NCBI GenBank assembly: GCA_963841435.1
Contig: CAWJCS010000004.1
Location: forward strand, 320,001-384,000
Reading direction: 5' to 3'
Source of the DNA: an uncultured delta proteobacterium
Lineage (GTDB): Bacteria > Myxococcota_A > Polyangia > Polyangiales > Polyangiaceae
DNA length: 64,000 bases
Below the pieces are notes generated by a model, which was not told the DNA's origin, made no database searches, and saw nothing but the letters and a program-made list of their open reading frames with translations. This document shows positions 1-10,261 of the stretch, one piece after another. Position 1 is the first letter of the stretch; the number at the start of each line of letters is the position of its first letter. A program made the translations under genes and the position numbers.

Positions 1-174
1 GGGTTCGGGGCCTTGCTCGCGTCGCTGAGCTCGCAGTCCAGCGCGGTCCTGCCGCAGCACATCAGCTACGTGCCGGAGCTGCAGAGCATGGCCGTCGTCG
101 ATGCCGCGAGCCTCGGGCTCTCGCTTCTCAGCCTCGACGGCCTGCGCATCAACGCGGACTGGCCCGTGTATTGA
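1..174 (+). CDS. 3' end of hypothetical protein (partial)
   Basis: Frame 1 is open from position 1 to TGA at 172-174 (...LSLDGLRINADWPVY*), with GC3-rich codons. Confidence 0.6.
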   Translation, partial: GFGALLASLSSQSSAVLPQHISYVPELQSMAVVDAASLGLSLLSLDGLRINADWPVY

Positions 175-199
175 GGTGGCACGGGCGCGAGGCTCCTCC

Positions 200-2800
200 G
201 TGAACGCGAAGGCCACGCCCGTGATGCTCCAGCACGCGGCGGCCAAGCGTGCCTACCCCGACGCCATCGTCTTCTTCCGACTGGGCGACTTCTACGAAAT
301 GTTCGGCGACGACGCCGTGCTCGCCGCACGCGTGCTCGACCTCACGCTCACGAGCCGCAACCGAGGGAAGCCGGACGAGATCCCCATGGCGGGCGTCCCC
401 CACCACGCGGCGCAGGGCTACGTCGCGAAGCTGCTCGGCGCCGGGCACAAGGTCGCCATCTGCGAGCAGATGGCCGACCCTTCGAAGGTCAAGGGGATCG
501 TGCCGCGCCAGGTGGTGCGCGTGATCACGCCCGGCCTCGTGACCGATCGCGAGCAGCTCGACGCGAGCAGCAACAACTATCTCGCGGCCGTCGAGGTGAC
601 GCCGAAAGCGTGCGGCCTGTCGCTGCTCGACCTTTCCACGGGCGAGCTCTCGGGGGCCGTCGTGCCCGACGCGGCGCTGCTCTTCGCCGAGCTGGGCCGC
701 GCGCGGCCGCGCGAGGTGCTCGCGGGGTTTTCGCCGGGCCTCGACGCCGAGCTCGTCGAGGCGACGCTCGCGGCGCTCGGCGCGCTCGGCATGGGTGCCG
801 TGCGTGCGGACGGGCCCGTCGACGAGCCGGCGGCGCTCGAAGCGCTCGGGGGGCTCGCCGCCGACGCCGCGCACCTCGAGCCCCTCGCACGGCTCGCCGT
901 GGCGCGCGCGCTGCGCTTCGCGCGCGCCTGCAGCCCCGGCCGCGAGCTTCCCGTGCGTCGCGTCGGGCGCTGGGATCCTCGCCAGCATCTCGTGATCGAC
1001 GCCACGGCGCAGGCGCATCTCGAGCTCGTCGACAGCCCGGGAGGCCGCGCCGCGACGCTGCTCGGCGTGATCGACCACACGCGCACGGCGCTCGGCGCGC
1101 GTCTCTTGCGGCGGCGCCTACTCGCCCCGCTCGCCGACGTCTCCCACGTGAGGCGGCGGCTCGAGCGCGTCGAGCTGTTCGTGCAAAATCCGCGGCTGCG
1201 CGAGGAGCTTTGTGCCGCGCTTGGCGAGGTGAGTGACCTCGAGCGGCTCTCGACGCGGGCCGTGCTCGGTGATGCGACGCCGCGCGAGCTCGGCGCGTTG
1301 CGTGATGGGCTCGCGGGGGCCGCGCGCGCCGTTTTCGTGCTCGACGCCGTCAACGACGGCGCCGCGCGCGAGGCGCTCGGGCTCGTGGGCGCTCCCGTCG
1401 ACACGGTGGCGGATCTTTACGCAACGCTCGAGCGAGCGCTCGTCGAGCGTCCGCCGCAGCAGGTCAAAGAGGGCGGGGTGTTCCGAGCGGGCTTCGACGC
1501 GGAGCTCGACGAGCTCATCGCGCTGTCGAGGAGCGGCGCCGAGCGCATGGTCGAGCTCGAGGCGCGTCTGCGAAAGGAAACGGGCATCGGGACGCTCAAG
1601 CTGCGCTACACGCGCGTCTTCGGCTGGTACATCGAGGTGACGCGGGCGCACGCCGCGCGCGTGCCGGAGGCCTTTCGCCGCAAGCAGACGGTGGCGACGG
1701 GCGAGCGCTACACGACGCCCGAGCTCGACGAGCTGGCCGACCGCATCCTGCACGCCGAAGAGCGGCACCGTGAACGCGAGCTCGACCTCGTGCGCGCGCT
1801 CGTCGGCGCGGCCGCGGCCGCGAGCCCACGCGTCACGGAGCTCGCGCGGCGTGTGGCGCGCTGGGACGTGGCCGCCGCGCTCGCCGACGTTGCCCATCGT
1901 CACGACTACACGCGCCCCGTCGTCGATGATTCGACGGAGCTCGTGCTGCGTGACGCACGGCACCCGGTCGTCGAGCGCCTCGCGGCGCGCGGTCGCTTCG
2001 TGCCGAACGACGTCACGCTGTCGCTCGACGACGAGCGCCTCTGGCTCGTCACGGGGCCGAACATGGCAGGCAAGAGCACGCTGCTCAGGCAGGTCGCGCT
2101 GTGCGTGATCCTCGCGCAGATGGGCAGCTACGTGCCGGCGCGCTCGGCGCGCATCGGCCTCTTCGATCGGGTGCTGTCGCGCGTGGGCGCGAGCGACAAT
2201 CTCTCGCAAGGCGAGAGCACCTTCATGGTGGAGATGCGCGAGACCGCCGAGATCCTGCGCTCGGCGACGCGCCGCTCGCTCGTGATTCTCGACGAGATCG
2301 GCCGTGGCACGAGCACGTTCGACGGGCTCGCGATCGCCTGGGCCGTCGCGGAGCACCTCGACGACGCGATCGGTTGCCGCGCGCTGTTCGCAACGCATTA
2401 CCACGAGCTCACGGAGCTTTCCGAGCGCAGCCGAAACGTCGCCAACGTCAGTGTCAGTGCCCGGGAGCTCGAGGGCGACGTCGTGTTCCTGCACCGCCTC
2501 GAGCGCGGCGCCGCGAGCCGGAGCTATGGCGTCGCCGTGGCGAAGCTCGCGGGATTGCCCGAGTCGGTGCTGGCGCGGGCACGGGCAATCCTCGGCACGC
2601 TCGAGCGCGGCGAGGGGTACAAGCAGCACGAGCCGAGCCCGCAGCTCGGGCTTTTCGCCGGCCCGGGCGAGGCGAAAGACCCGGCGAGCGTCGAGGTCGT
2701 CGAAACGGTGCGCGGCGTCGATCTCGACCGACTCACGGGCCTCGACGCGCTCACGCTGCTCGCACGCCTCAAGGCGCGGCTCACTCGACCCGGAGACTGA
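200..2800 (+). CDS. mutS: DNA mismatch repair protein MutS
   Basis: FFRLGDFYEMF mismatch-binding motif, Walker A TGPNMAGKST, STFMVEM, ILDEIGRGTST, FATHYHEL and SYGVAVA motifs. GTG at 200 chosen as start. Confidence 0.97.
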   Translation: MNAKATPVMLQHAAAKRAYPDAIVFFRLGDFYEMFGDDAVLAARVLDLTLTSRNRGKPDEIPMAGVPHHAAQGYVAKLLGAGHKVAICEQMADPSKVKGIVPRQVVRVITPGLVTDREQLDASSNNYLAAVEVTPKACGLSLLDLSTGELSGAVVPDAALLFAELGRARPREVLAGFSPGLDAELVEATLAALGALGMGAVRADGPVDEPAALEALGGLAADAAHLEPLARLAVARALRFARACSPGRELPVRRVGRWDPRQHLVIDATAQAHLELVDSPGGRAATLLGVIDHTRTALGARLLRRRLLAPLADVSHVRRRLERVELFVQNPRLREELCAALGEVSDLERLSTRAVLGDATPRELGALRDGLAGAARAVFVLDAVNDGAAREALGLVGAPVDTVADLYATLERALVERPPQQVKEGGVFRAGFDAELDELIALSRSGAERMVELEARLRKETGIGTLKLRYTRVFGWYIEVTRAHAARVPEAFRRKQTVATGERYTTPELDELADRILHAEERHRERELDLVRALVGAAAAASPRVTELARRVARWDVAAALADVAHRHDYTRPVVDDSTELVLRDARHPVVERLAARGRFVPNDVTLSLDDERLWLVTGPNMAGKSTLLRQVALCVILAQMGSYVPARSARIGLFDRVLSRVGASDNLSQGESTFMVEMRETAEILRSATRRSLVILDEIGRGTSTFDGLAIAWAVAEHLDDAIGCRALFATHYHELTELSERSRNVANVSVSARELEGDVVFLHRLERGAASRSYGVAVAKLAGLPESVLARARAILGTLERGEGYKQHEPSPQLGLFAGPGEAKDPASVEVVETVRGVDLDRLTGLDALTLLARLKARLTRPGD

Positions 2801-4103
2801 AGTCTGCCTCGGCCGTGCCCGTGATCACGAGCACGCGCGGCGTGCCGGCGATGCTCGTGCGCGCACCGAGCGGCAGGTCCGACACGGTGGCCGGCGTGCC
2901 TTCGAGCACGAAGCGCGCCTTCACCGTCGATGGGGCGTCGAGCGTGACGCTCTCGGCCGCTTCGTCCAGCACGACGTAGACGATGCCATAGGCATGCAAC
3001 GTGTCGTCGTAGGTCGTCCCCGTGGCCACCGTGGCCGGCACCGCCGCGCCCTCGAGCTCGAAGGCATCGAAGGCGTAGCCGCTCGCCGGGTCGTCCAGAA
3101 AGACGGCGATCGCCATGTCCTCGAAGACCTCGAAACCCGTCGCGGGGTCGCCCACGCTCTCGAGCGCCGCGTCGATACCCCGCCAGTCGTCGAGCGGCTC
3201 GTGGACGATGGCGTCGAGCAGCGGCGCGCCGTCGCGCTCCCAGAGGTACGTGCCAAAGAGCAGCCCCGCGCCGTAGTTGTACGCACGCGGGTCGTTGACG
3301 CCCGGGCCCCACGCCGTGTTCGTCGTGTGTAGGAAGCTTTCGAGCCAGGCCTGGTCGGTGAAGTAGCCGTTCACGGTCATGGCCGCCTGGGCGAGCGTCT
3401 CGTCGACCCAGACCGTTTCGTCGTCGTCGTAGCCGCGATGAATGGCGTGGACGGTCTCGTGAGCGGCGATGGAGAGGGCGCGATCGGTGTGGAGGGAGCG
3501 CAGCAGCGGCCCGTCGAGGTGGAGCTCGAGCGCGTCGCACCAGCCGCAGAGATAGCCCTCGCCGGCGCCTCCCGAGCTCACGACGAAGATGGCGAGCTTT
3601 TTGTCGGTGAGCCGCCCCTGGTTCAAGGGACCGTCGAGGCTGCCGAAGACGAGCTCGTCCGTCTCGATCACGCCGAGATCCGGCCGATAGCTCGCAGGGC
3701 TGCCGCGGCCTTCGTAGCTCGTCATGAACGCGTTCACCTCGTCCTGCCCGAACGGGTTTTCCCAGAGCTCGTCGGCGACGTACACGATGGCTCGCTCGCC
3801 CTCGGCGCGGCAGGTCGCCGTCACCTCTTTCGTGTCGTGCGTGCCGAAATCGTACACGTCGGTGGTGCGCGGCTGGCCGTAGCAAGGCGAGCTCGTGTAG
3901 TCGGTCACGGCCCCGCCGGTACCGCCCGAGCCGCCGGTGCCGCTCGAGCCGCCCGTCCCGGAGCTGCCGCCCGAGGCGCCGCTGCCCCCGGTTCCCGCTT
4001 GGTCGTGGAGCATCGCGTCCGTCGGTCCGAGCGGCTCGCTGCTGCACGCGAGGGTGAGCGCGGCAAACAGCCCGGCCGAGACCAACGCGCTGCGAGCCGG
4101 CAT
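2781..4103 (-). CDS. Lipoprotein zinc metallopeptidase (HExxH...E, gluzincin/M30-like)
   Basis: Lipobox LTLAC, Gly/Ser linker, AAHETVHAIH motif followed by WVDETLA. Confidence 0.7.
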   Translation of the reverse strand: MPARSALVSAGLFAALTLACSSEPLGPTDAMLHDQAGTGGSGASGGSSGTGGSSGTGGSGGTGGAVTDYTSSPCYGQPRTTDVYDFGTHDTKEVTATCRAEGERAIVYVADELWENPFGQDEVNAFMTSYEGRGSPASYRPDLGVIETDELVFGSLDGPLNQGRLTDKKLAIFVVSSGGAGEGYLCGWCDALELHLDGPLLRSLHTDRALSIAAHETVHAIHRGYDDDETVWVDETLAQAAMTVNGYFTDQAWLESFLHTTNTAWGPGVNDPRAYNYGAGLLFGTYLWERDGAPLLDAIVHEPLDDWRGIDAALESVGDPATGFEVFEDMAIAVFLDDPASGYAFDAFELEGAAVPATVATGTTYDDTLHAYGIVYVVLDEAAESVTLDAPSTVKARFVLEGTPATVSDLPLGARTSIAGTPRVLVITGTAEADFSLRVE

Positions 4104-4177
4104 GGACCTCAGGATACCCCATCCGTGCGCGAGGCGGCTTCGAGAGCGCCCGGCGGCGCGAGCGATGCCGGCCGCCG

Positions 4178-6745
4178 TCAACGACCCCGCGGTGCGGGAG
4201 GGACGGCCGTGCTGCCGTCTTCGGGCCAGGCGTGGCGTGGGTAACGGCGCATCAGCTCCCGACGCACGGTTGGGTAGTGGCGCTGCCAAAATCCGGCCAG
4301 ATCGGTCGTCACCTGCACGGCGCGTTGGTTCGGTGCGAGAAGGTGCAGCGTCAGGGGCACGCGGCCGCCGAGGATGCGGGGCCCCTCGGCGCGCCCGAAG
4401 AAGTCCTGCAGGCGCGACTCGACGAACGGCGCGCGACCGGGCTCGTACTGGACGCGCGCGTTGCGACCGCTTGCGAGCCGAACGGTCTCGGGGACCTCGT
4501 CGGCGAGCAGGCGTCGCTGCCGCTCGCTGAGCGTCGACGGCAAGAGCTCGAGCCAGCCGCTCGCTTCGAGCGCCTCGAGGCTCACGACGGTTTCCGACGC
4601 GCGCGCGAGCGCGGCGGCGAGCGCTTCTTCGGCCGCGGACGGGAACCCTGCGTCGGGGAAGTGCTCGGCGAGCAGCAGAAGACGCGTCGTGAGCCAGAGC
4701 GCCTCCGCGCTGCGAACGAAACGCGATGGGACGGCGCGCGCCGCCGCGAAAAGGAGTGCGCCCGCCTCGACCGACGGTGGCGCGACGGCGCGCGTCTCTT
4801 CGAGCACGAGCGACCCCCAGCGCATGCTGGACACGCGCTCGACCCGCTCGCGCTCCGCCGCGAACACGAGGTCGTCACGAAGCTCGAGCCGCTCGGGGTC
4901 GAGCTCGAAGAGCAGATTTTCGTCGACGGCGCTCGCCGAGCGCACGAGCGTCCCACGGCCCGGGCGCTCCTCGGCGTCGACCGCGACGAACAGCTCGGCG
5001 TCGTGGACGACGCTCTCCTCGGCAAGCCGCGCGAGCCTGCCGTTCTCGAGCACGAGCTCCGGCTCGCCCCGCCGACGGCGCCTCGCGACGCGGTCGGGAA
5101 ACGCGGCGAGGACGCATGCGAGCAACGCCCGCTCCGTCGCGGCTTCGTCTGCCGGGCGCGGCGCTCGGTCGCGCACGGCACGCGCGAGCTGCCGCCGAGC
5201 ACGCTCCACCGCCTCCACGGAGCGTGGCTCGAGCCCGATGGCGCGCACGCGGTGCGCCTCGAAGCGGTGGCTCGCCGCCTCGTCGAACAGGTCGGCGAGC
5301 ATCAGTGGATCGGAGGGTCCGCGCTCGCCGTCGAGCCGCTCACGTCGCCCACCCCCGAGCTTGGCGCGCGCCTGCATGCGGATGTCACGCTCGCCGATCA
5401 GCGCGGCGAGCAGGGCGGCGTGCTCTGCCACGCCGCGCCGTTCGCCCTCCACGACGAGGCGCGCGAGCCTCGGATGGAGCGGTAGCTCGAGCAGCCGGCG
5501 CCCGATCGCCGTGAGCTCACCTGCTTGTCCGAGAGCGCCGAGGTCGCGCAAGAGCGCCCGCGCCGCGTCGCGACTCGCCGCGGGCGGCTCGCTCAGCCAG
5601 GCGATGGCGTCCGTGCCGGCAAAGCCTGCCGCCGCGAGCGTCAGGAGCACTTCCGAGAGATTGGCGCGGGCGATCTCGGGCGTGTCGTTCTCGGGTCGGT
5701 GCTCGAAGTCGCCTCGCGTGTAGAGGCAGAGCACGTGACCGGGCCGCGTCCGGCCGGCGCGCCCGGCGCGCTGTTTGGCCGAGGCGCGGCTGATTTTCGC
5801 CGTCGTCAGCGTCCCGAGCCCCGACCATGCCGAATGAGCGGCCACGCGGGCGAGCCCGCTGTCTATGACCGAGGTGACGCCGTCGATCGTGATCGACGAC
5901 TCGGCGACGTTGGTGGACAGCACGACCTTGCGGCGCGAGGCGCGCTCGACGGCGCGCGTTTGCTCCTTGAGCGGCAGGTCGCCATGCAGCGGCAGGACCA
6001 GGACGTTGTGCTCGCGCGCGAGCGGCTCGAGCGTTTCGTGCGCGCGACGGATCTCGCCGGCGCCGGGCAGGAACACGAGCACGTCGCCGTCCGGCTCGCG
6101 CTCGAGTGCGCGCCGCACGGCGCTCGTCACCTGCTTGTCGAGGGGTCGCTCGTCGGGCGTCGCGAGGTGCTCGACGGTCACTGGAAACAGACGCCCCTCG
6201 CTCGTGATGCGTGGCGCGCCGTCGAGGAACTTCGCGATGGGCTCGGCGTCGAGCGTTGCGCTCATCACGACGAGCACGAGGTCGCCCCTCGACGCACGCC
6301 GGTGGGCGAAGAGCGCGAGCAGGAGGTCGGTTTCGACGTGACGCTCGTGAAACTCGTCGATCACGACCGCGCGCACACCGGAAAGGTCCGGATCGGCGAG
6401 CAAGCGCCGCACGAGCACCCCCTCGGTGACGTAGCGCAGGCGCGTGCGAGGCCCGCCGACCTCTTCGAAGCGCACGCTGTAGCCGACCCGGTCGCCCGGC
6501 CGCTCACCGTGCTCGTGGGCGACGCGCTCCGCGGCGAGCCGCGCCGCGAGCCGCCGCGGCTCGGTGACGACGACCTCTCCGGCGTCGCCGAGCGCCTCGG
6601 CGAGCGCCCAGGGGACGCGGGTCGTTTTGCCGGCGCCGGGAGGCGCTTCGAGCACGAGGGCGCCCGCCGCGAGCGCGGTTCGCGTGATCTCGGCGAGCAG
6701 CGCGTCGATGGGGAGCGCGTCCAAGGCTTCCCCGGCAACGTACAC
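4178..6745 (-). CDS. hrpB: ATP-dependent RNA helicase HrpB
   Basis: APPGAGKTT, DEFH, MSAT and QRAGRAGR motifs; HrpB C-terminal LHLLAPNQRAVQVTTDLAGFW...RYPRHAWP. Confidence 0.95.
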   Translation of the reverse strand: MYVAGEALDALPIDALLAEITRTALAAGALVLEAPPGAGKTTRVPWALAEALGDAGEVVVTEPRRLAARLAAERVAHEHGERPGDRVGYSVRFEEVGGPRTRLRYVTEGVLVRRLLADPDLSGVRAVVIDEFHERHVETDLLLALFAHRRASRGDLVLVVMSATLDAEPIAKFLDGAPRITSEGRLFPVTVEHLATPDERPLDKQVTSAVRRALEREPDGDVLVFLPGAGEIRRAHETLEPLAREHNVLVLPLHGDLPLKEQTRAVERASRRKVVLSTNVAESSITIDGVTSVIDSGLARVAAHSAWSGLGTLTTAKISRASAKQRAGRAGRTRPGHVLCLYTRGDFEHRPENDTPEIARANLSEVLLTLAAAGFAGTDAIAWLSEPPAASRDAARALLRDLGALGQAGELTAIGRRLLELPLHPRLARLVVEGERRGVAEHAALLAALIGERDIRMQARAKLGGGRRERLDGERGPSDPLMLADLFDEAASHRFEAHRVRAIGLEPRSVEAVERARRQLARAVRDRAPRPADEAATERALLACVLAAFPDRVARRRRRGEPELVLENGRLARLAEESVVHDAELFVAVDAEERPGRGTLVRSASAVDENLLFELDPERLELRDDLVFAAERERVERVSSMRWGSLVLEETRAVAPPSVEAGALLFAAARAVPSRFVRSAEALWLTTRLLLLAEHFPDAGFPSAAEEALAAALARASETVVSLEALEASGWLELLPSTLSERQRRLLADEVPETVRLASGRNARVQYEPGRAPFVESRLQDFFGRAEGPRILGGRVPLTLHLLAPNQRAVQVTTDLAGFWQRHYPTVRRELMRRYPRHAWPEDGSTAVPPAPRGR

Positions 6746-6763
6746 CGGCTAGAATGAAACGCC

Positions 6764-7459
6764 ATGGTCCGTCGCGCGGCGCTGTTCGACATGGATCGGA
6801 CGCTGATCGCCAAGGACAGCGCCAGCCTCTACGCGCGCTATCAGCGTGACGTCGGCGAGGCGACGCTGAAGGACGGTATCCAGGTCGCCTGGTGGATGGC
6901 GCAGTACACACTCGGGGTCATCGACGCGCCGCGTGTTGCGCTCAAGGCCCTCCGCCGCTTCCGCGGAAAGAAGGAGAGCTGGCTCATCGAGCACTGCGAG
7001 CCGTGGTTCGAGAAATACGTTCTGCCGCTCGTGCAGCCCGAGGGTCGCGCGGCCGTCGAACGGCACCGCGAGCGGGGCGACATCGTCGCCATCGTCACGG
7101 GCGCGACGCCTTACGTCGCGAGACCGCTCGCACGCGTGCTCGGGATCGACTGCGTCGTGTGCACGGAGCTCGAAGTCGACGCCGACGGCTGCTTCACGGG
7201 GCGGCCCATCGATCCGCTCTGTTACGGCGATGGCAAGCTCGTGCTCGCGCGCCGCGCGGCGGAGCGCGAGGGCTTCGCGCTCGCCGACGCGACGTTCTAC
7301 AGCGACAGCATCACCGACCTGCCGCTGCTCGAGGCCGTCGCCGCGCCGATCGCAGTGAACCCCGACGCGCGGCTCGCGCGCCTGGCGCGCAAGCGCGGCT
7401 GGACCGTCGAACGCTGGGGAACCCGGCTCATGCCCGCGCGTCCAGCAGCAAGTACTTGA
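6764..7459 (+). CDS. HAD-IB family hydrolase (SerB-like phosphatase)
   Basis: Motif I FDMDRTL, motif IV FYSDSITDLPLL, and AVNPD. Confidence 0.9.
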   Translation: MVRRAALFDMDRTLIAKDSASLYARYQRDVGEATLKDGIQVAWWMAQYTLGVIDAPRVALKALRRFRGKKESWLIEHCEPWFEKYVLPLVQPEGRAAVERHRERGDIVAIVTGATPYVARPLARVLGIDCVVCTELEVDADGCFTGRPIDPLCYGDGKLVLARRAAEREGFALADATFYSDSITDLPLLEAVAAPIAVNPDARLARLARKRGWTVERWGTRLMPARPAAST

Positions 7460-8072
7460 GCCGACCCACGATGACGTCGAGGGCCTCGGCGTTCTCGCCG
7501 CCTTCCGGGACGATCAGGTGCGCGTGGCGCTTGCTCGGTGCGACGTGCAGGAGGTGCATGGGGCGCACGGTACCGTAGTATTGTGCCTGGATCGCGTCGA
7601 TGTCGCGGTCCCGCTCGACGAGATCGCGACGGATGCGGCGCAGGAGTCGGATGTCGTCGTCGGTGTCGACGAAGATCCTGAGGTCGAACGCGCTGCGCAG
7701 CACCTCGACGGCGAACAGCAGGATGCCTTCGACGACGATGATGCGGTTCGGCTCGACGCGCCGCGTGTCGGGGCGACGCGTGTGAGTTGCGAAATCGTAG
7801 CGGGGGCAATCGACGGCGAGCCCGCGCCTGAGCTCAGCGAGGTGGCGCGCGAGCAGATCGCTCTCGAGCGCCCCGGGCTCGTCGTAGTTGATGATGGTGC
7901 GCTCCGCCTCTGGCACACTCGAGCGGTCGCGGTAGTACCCGTCGTGCTCGATCACCGTAACGCTGTCGCCGAGCTCGCGCTTCATGCGGCGCGCCAGCGT
8001 GGTCTTGCCGCTGCCCGTCCCGCCGGCGACGCCGATGAAGAGCGGAGGCGGGGTGGGGGAAGGGAAGGACAC
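7428..8072 (-). CDS. udk: Uridine kinase
   Basis: GVAGGTGSGKTT, NYDEP, IVVEGIL, RIRRD and VRPMH..HVAPSKRHA motifs. Confidence 0.93.
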   Translation of the reverse strand: MSFPSPTPPPLFIGVAGGTGSGKTTLARRMKRELGDSVTVIEHDGYYRDRSSVPEAERTIINYDEPGALESDLLARHLAELRRGLAVDCPRYDFATHTRRPDTRRVEPNRIIVVEGILLFAVEVLRSAFDLRIFVDTDDDIRLLRRIRRDLVERDRDIDAIQAQYYGTVRPMHLLHVAPSKRHAHLIVPEGGENAEALDVIVGRLKYLLLDARA

Positions 8073-8116
8073 GGCGCTTTTCCGGACCTACCTCCGGCGC
8101 GCTCCGCCGTCGAACC

Positions 8117-8145
8117 TTTACAAACCTCCGCGCGGCCCGTAGCTT
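8117..8145 (+). promoter_or_regulatory. sigma70-type promoter (TTTACA-17-TAGCTT)
   Basis: -35/-10 hexamers at 17-nt spacing in the divergent intergenic region, 12 nt before ATG 8158. Confidence 0.45.
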
Positions 8146-8157
8146 CCGCCCCGACCG

Positions 8158-9480
8158 ATGGCATCGTCACCGATGGAGCCGGCCGCGCCCGTCGTCGTGC
8201 TCGGTGCCGGGCTCGCCGGCCTGAGCGCGGCGCTCGTGCTCGAGCGTGCGAAGGTCGCGTACCGCGCGTTCGAGAAGAACGGCATTGCCGGCGGGCACGC
8301 CGTGACCCTCCTCGACGAGGGGTTTCGTTTCGATCGAACCGGACACCTCCTGCACCTGCGCGACGCTCGGCTTCGCGCCGAGGTGCTCGAGCTGCTCGGC
8401 GGCGACTGCCTCGAGATCGAGCGCCGTAGCGTCGTTTTCTCGAACGGTGTCTACACGCGCTATCCGTTCCAGGCGAACACTTTCGGGTTGCCCAAGGAGA
8501 TCGCCTACGAGTGCGTGATCGGCTTTCTCGCGGCGCGTGACGCACCCGCCGGCGCCGAGCCCCGGAACTTCGAAGAGTTTTGCCTCGCTCATTTCGGGAC
8601 CGGCATCACGCGCCACTTCATGCAGCCGTACAACGAGAAGCTCTGGGGCGTGCCCCTGCGCGAGATCACGAGTGCCTGGTGTCAGCGCTTCGTGCCACTG
8701 CCTTCGGTGGCGGACGTGATTGGCGGGGCGCTCGGCGTTCGGGGTCCCGAGCTAGGTTACAACCAGCGCTTCCTCTATCCGCGGCTCGGCATCGGCGAGC
8801 TGCCACGCGCCATGGCGCGCGGCGTTTCCCGGCTCGAGCTCGGTCGCGCGCCACGTCGCATCGATCTCCGACATCGCACGCTCGAGCTCGACGACGCGCG
8901 CGTCCCGTTTCGCACGCTGGTCAGCACCGTTCCCCTGAAGGTCCTTGTTTCGCTGCTCGATCCGCTGCCGGACGCGGTGCGGGCAGCCGCTGAAAAGCTC
9001 CGGGCAACGCACCTTCACTATCTCGATGTCGCGCTGGAGCGCGAGCCGCTGACGCCGTACCACTGGGCGTACGTGCCGGAGCCGAAGTACCCATTTTATC
9101 GCGTGGGCTCGTATTCGCGGTTTTCTCCGCACGTCGTCCCTCCGGGCGCGGGGTCGCTCTACGTCGAGCTCGCCGACCGCGCGGAGCCGGACCTCGCTAC
9201 GCTGGTTCCCCGCGTCATCGAGGGGCTCGTCAACATGCGGATCATCGAGGGCCCCGGCGACGTGCGCTTCGTGCGAAAGCGCCGTATCGACTGCGCCTAC
9301 GTCGTCTTCGACCACGCCTACTACCCGGCCCTCGCCGTGATCGAGCCGTTCCTCGCGGAACAGCGTATCGTCTCGACGGGGCGTTACGGCGCCTGGACGT
9401 ACTCGTCGATGGAGGATGCCCTTCGCATGGGGCGCGAGGGCGCGGCGCGAGCGCTCGCTTTGTCGGGTGAGAACGCGTGA
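8158..9480 (+). CDS. FAD-dependent oxidoreductase (protoporphyrinogen oxidase-like / UDP-galactopyranose mutase-like)
   Basis: GAGLAG Rossmann motif, FDRTGHLLH, YPFQ, C-terminal GRYGAWTY.SMEDA; coupled to the downstream GT2 by a GTGA overlap. Confidence 0.8.
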   Translation: MASSPMEPAAPVVVLGAGLAGLSAALVLERAKVAYRAFEKNGIAGGHAVTLLDEGFRFDRTGHLLHLRDARLRAEVLELLGGDCLEIERRSVVFSNGVYTRYPFQANTFGLPKEIAYECVIGFLAARDAPAGAEPRNFEEFCLAHFGTGITRHFMQPYNEKLWGVPLREITSAWCQRFVPLPSVADVIGGALGVRGPELGYNQRFLYPRLGIGELPRAMARGVSRLELGRAPRRIDLRHRTLELDDARVPFRTLVSTVPLKVLVSLLDPLPDAVRAAAEKLRATHLHYLDVALEREPLTPYHWAYVPEPKYPFYRVGSYSRFSPHVVPPGAGSLYVELADRAEPDLATLVPRVIEGLVNMRIIEGPGDVRFVRKRRIDCAYVVFDHAYYPALAVIEPFLAEQRIVSTGRYGAWTYSSMEDALRMGREGAARALALSGENA

Positions 9481-10208
9481 CGGCGGAGCCGGTGCTTTCC
9501 GTGGTGATCCCGATCTACAACGAGGAGGGGATCTTGCGTTCGGCGGTCGTCAACTTGAGGGAGCGCCTGCAATCGCTGGGCGTCCCCTACGAGATCGTGC
9601 TCGCCGAGAACGGTTCGCGCGACGGCACGGTGCGCCTCGCGCGCGAGCTCTGCCGCAAATACCCGGACGTCGAGCTCGTGTCCGAACCGCAGCCGAACTA
9701 CGGGCGGGCGCTTCGCGCGGGCATCCTCGCCTCTCGCGGCGCGTTCGTCGTGGCGGAAGAGATTGATCTGTGTGACGTGGATTTTCACGCCCAGGCGCTC
9801 GGGCTGCTCGAGAGCGGCGCCGCCGAGGTGGTGATCGGGTCCAAGCTCATCGCGGGAGCCTCCGACGAGCGGCCGCTGTTCCGGCATGCGGCGAGCATCG
9901 TCTACACCCAGCTACTGCGAGCGCTCGTGTCCTTCGAAGGCAGCGACACACACGGGCTCAAGGCCTTCCGTCGTGACCGTATTGTCCCCATCGTCGAGGC
10001 GTGCCTCACCGACAAGGACGTGTTCGCGAGCGAGCTCGTGATCCGCGCCTATCGTTCCGGGCTCTCCGTCATCGAGGTGCCGCTTCGCGTGATCGAGAAG
10101 CGGCCACCCTCCATCAACCTGCTCAAGCGCGTGCCGAACGTGCTCAAGAATCTCGGGCTTCTGACCTGGGTCATCCGCGTGCGCGGCGTGGTTGGTAAGC
10201 GCGCTTGA
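9477..10208 (+). CDS. Glycosyltransferase family 2 (DPM1-like)
   Basis: LSVVIPIYNEE, NGSRDGT, YGRALRAG and DTHGLKAF motifs. Confidence 0.88.
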   Translation: MTAEPVLSVVIPIYNEEGILRSAVVNLRERLQSLGVPYEIVLAENGSRDGTVRLARELCRKYPDVELVSEPQPNYGRALRAGILASRGAFVVAEEIDLCDVDFHAQALGLLESGAAEVVIGSKLIAGASDERPLFRHAASIVYTQLLRALVSFEGSDTHGLKAFRRDRIVPIVEACLTDKDVFASELVIRAYRSGLSVIEVPLRVIEKRPPSINLLKRVPNVLKNLGLLTWVIRVRGVVGKRA

Positions 10209-10261
10209 CGCGACGTTTCCCCTCACCAGCTCGCGAGCACGCCGCCGACCGGATGACCTGC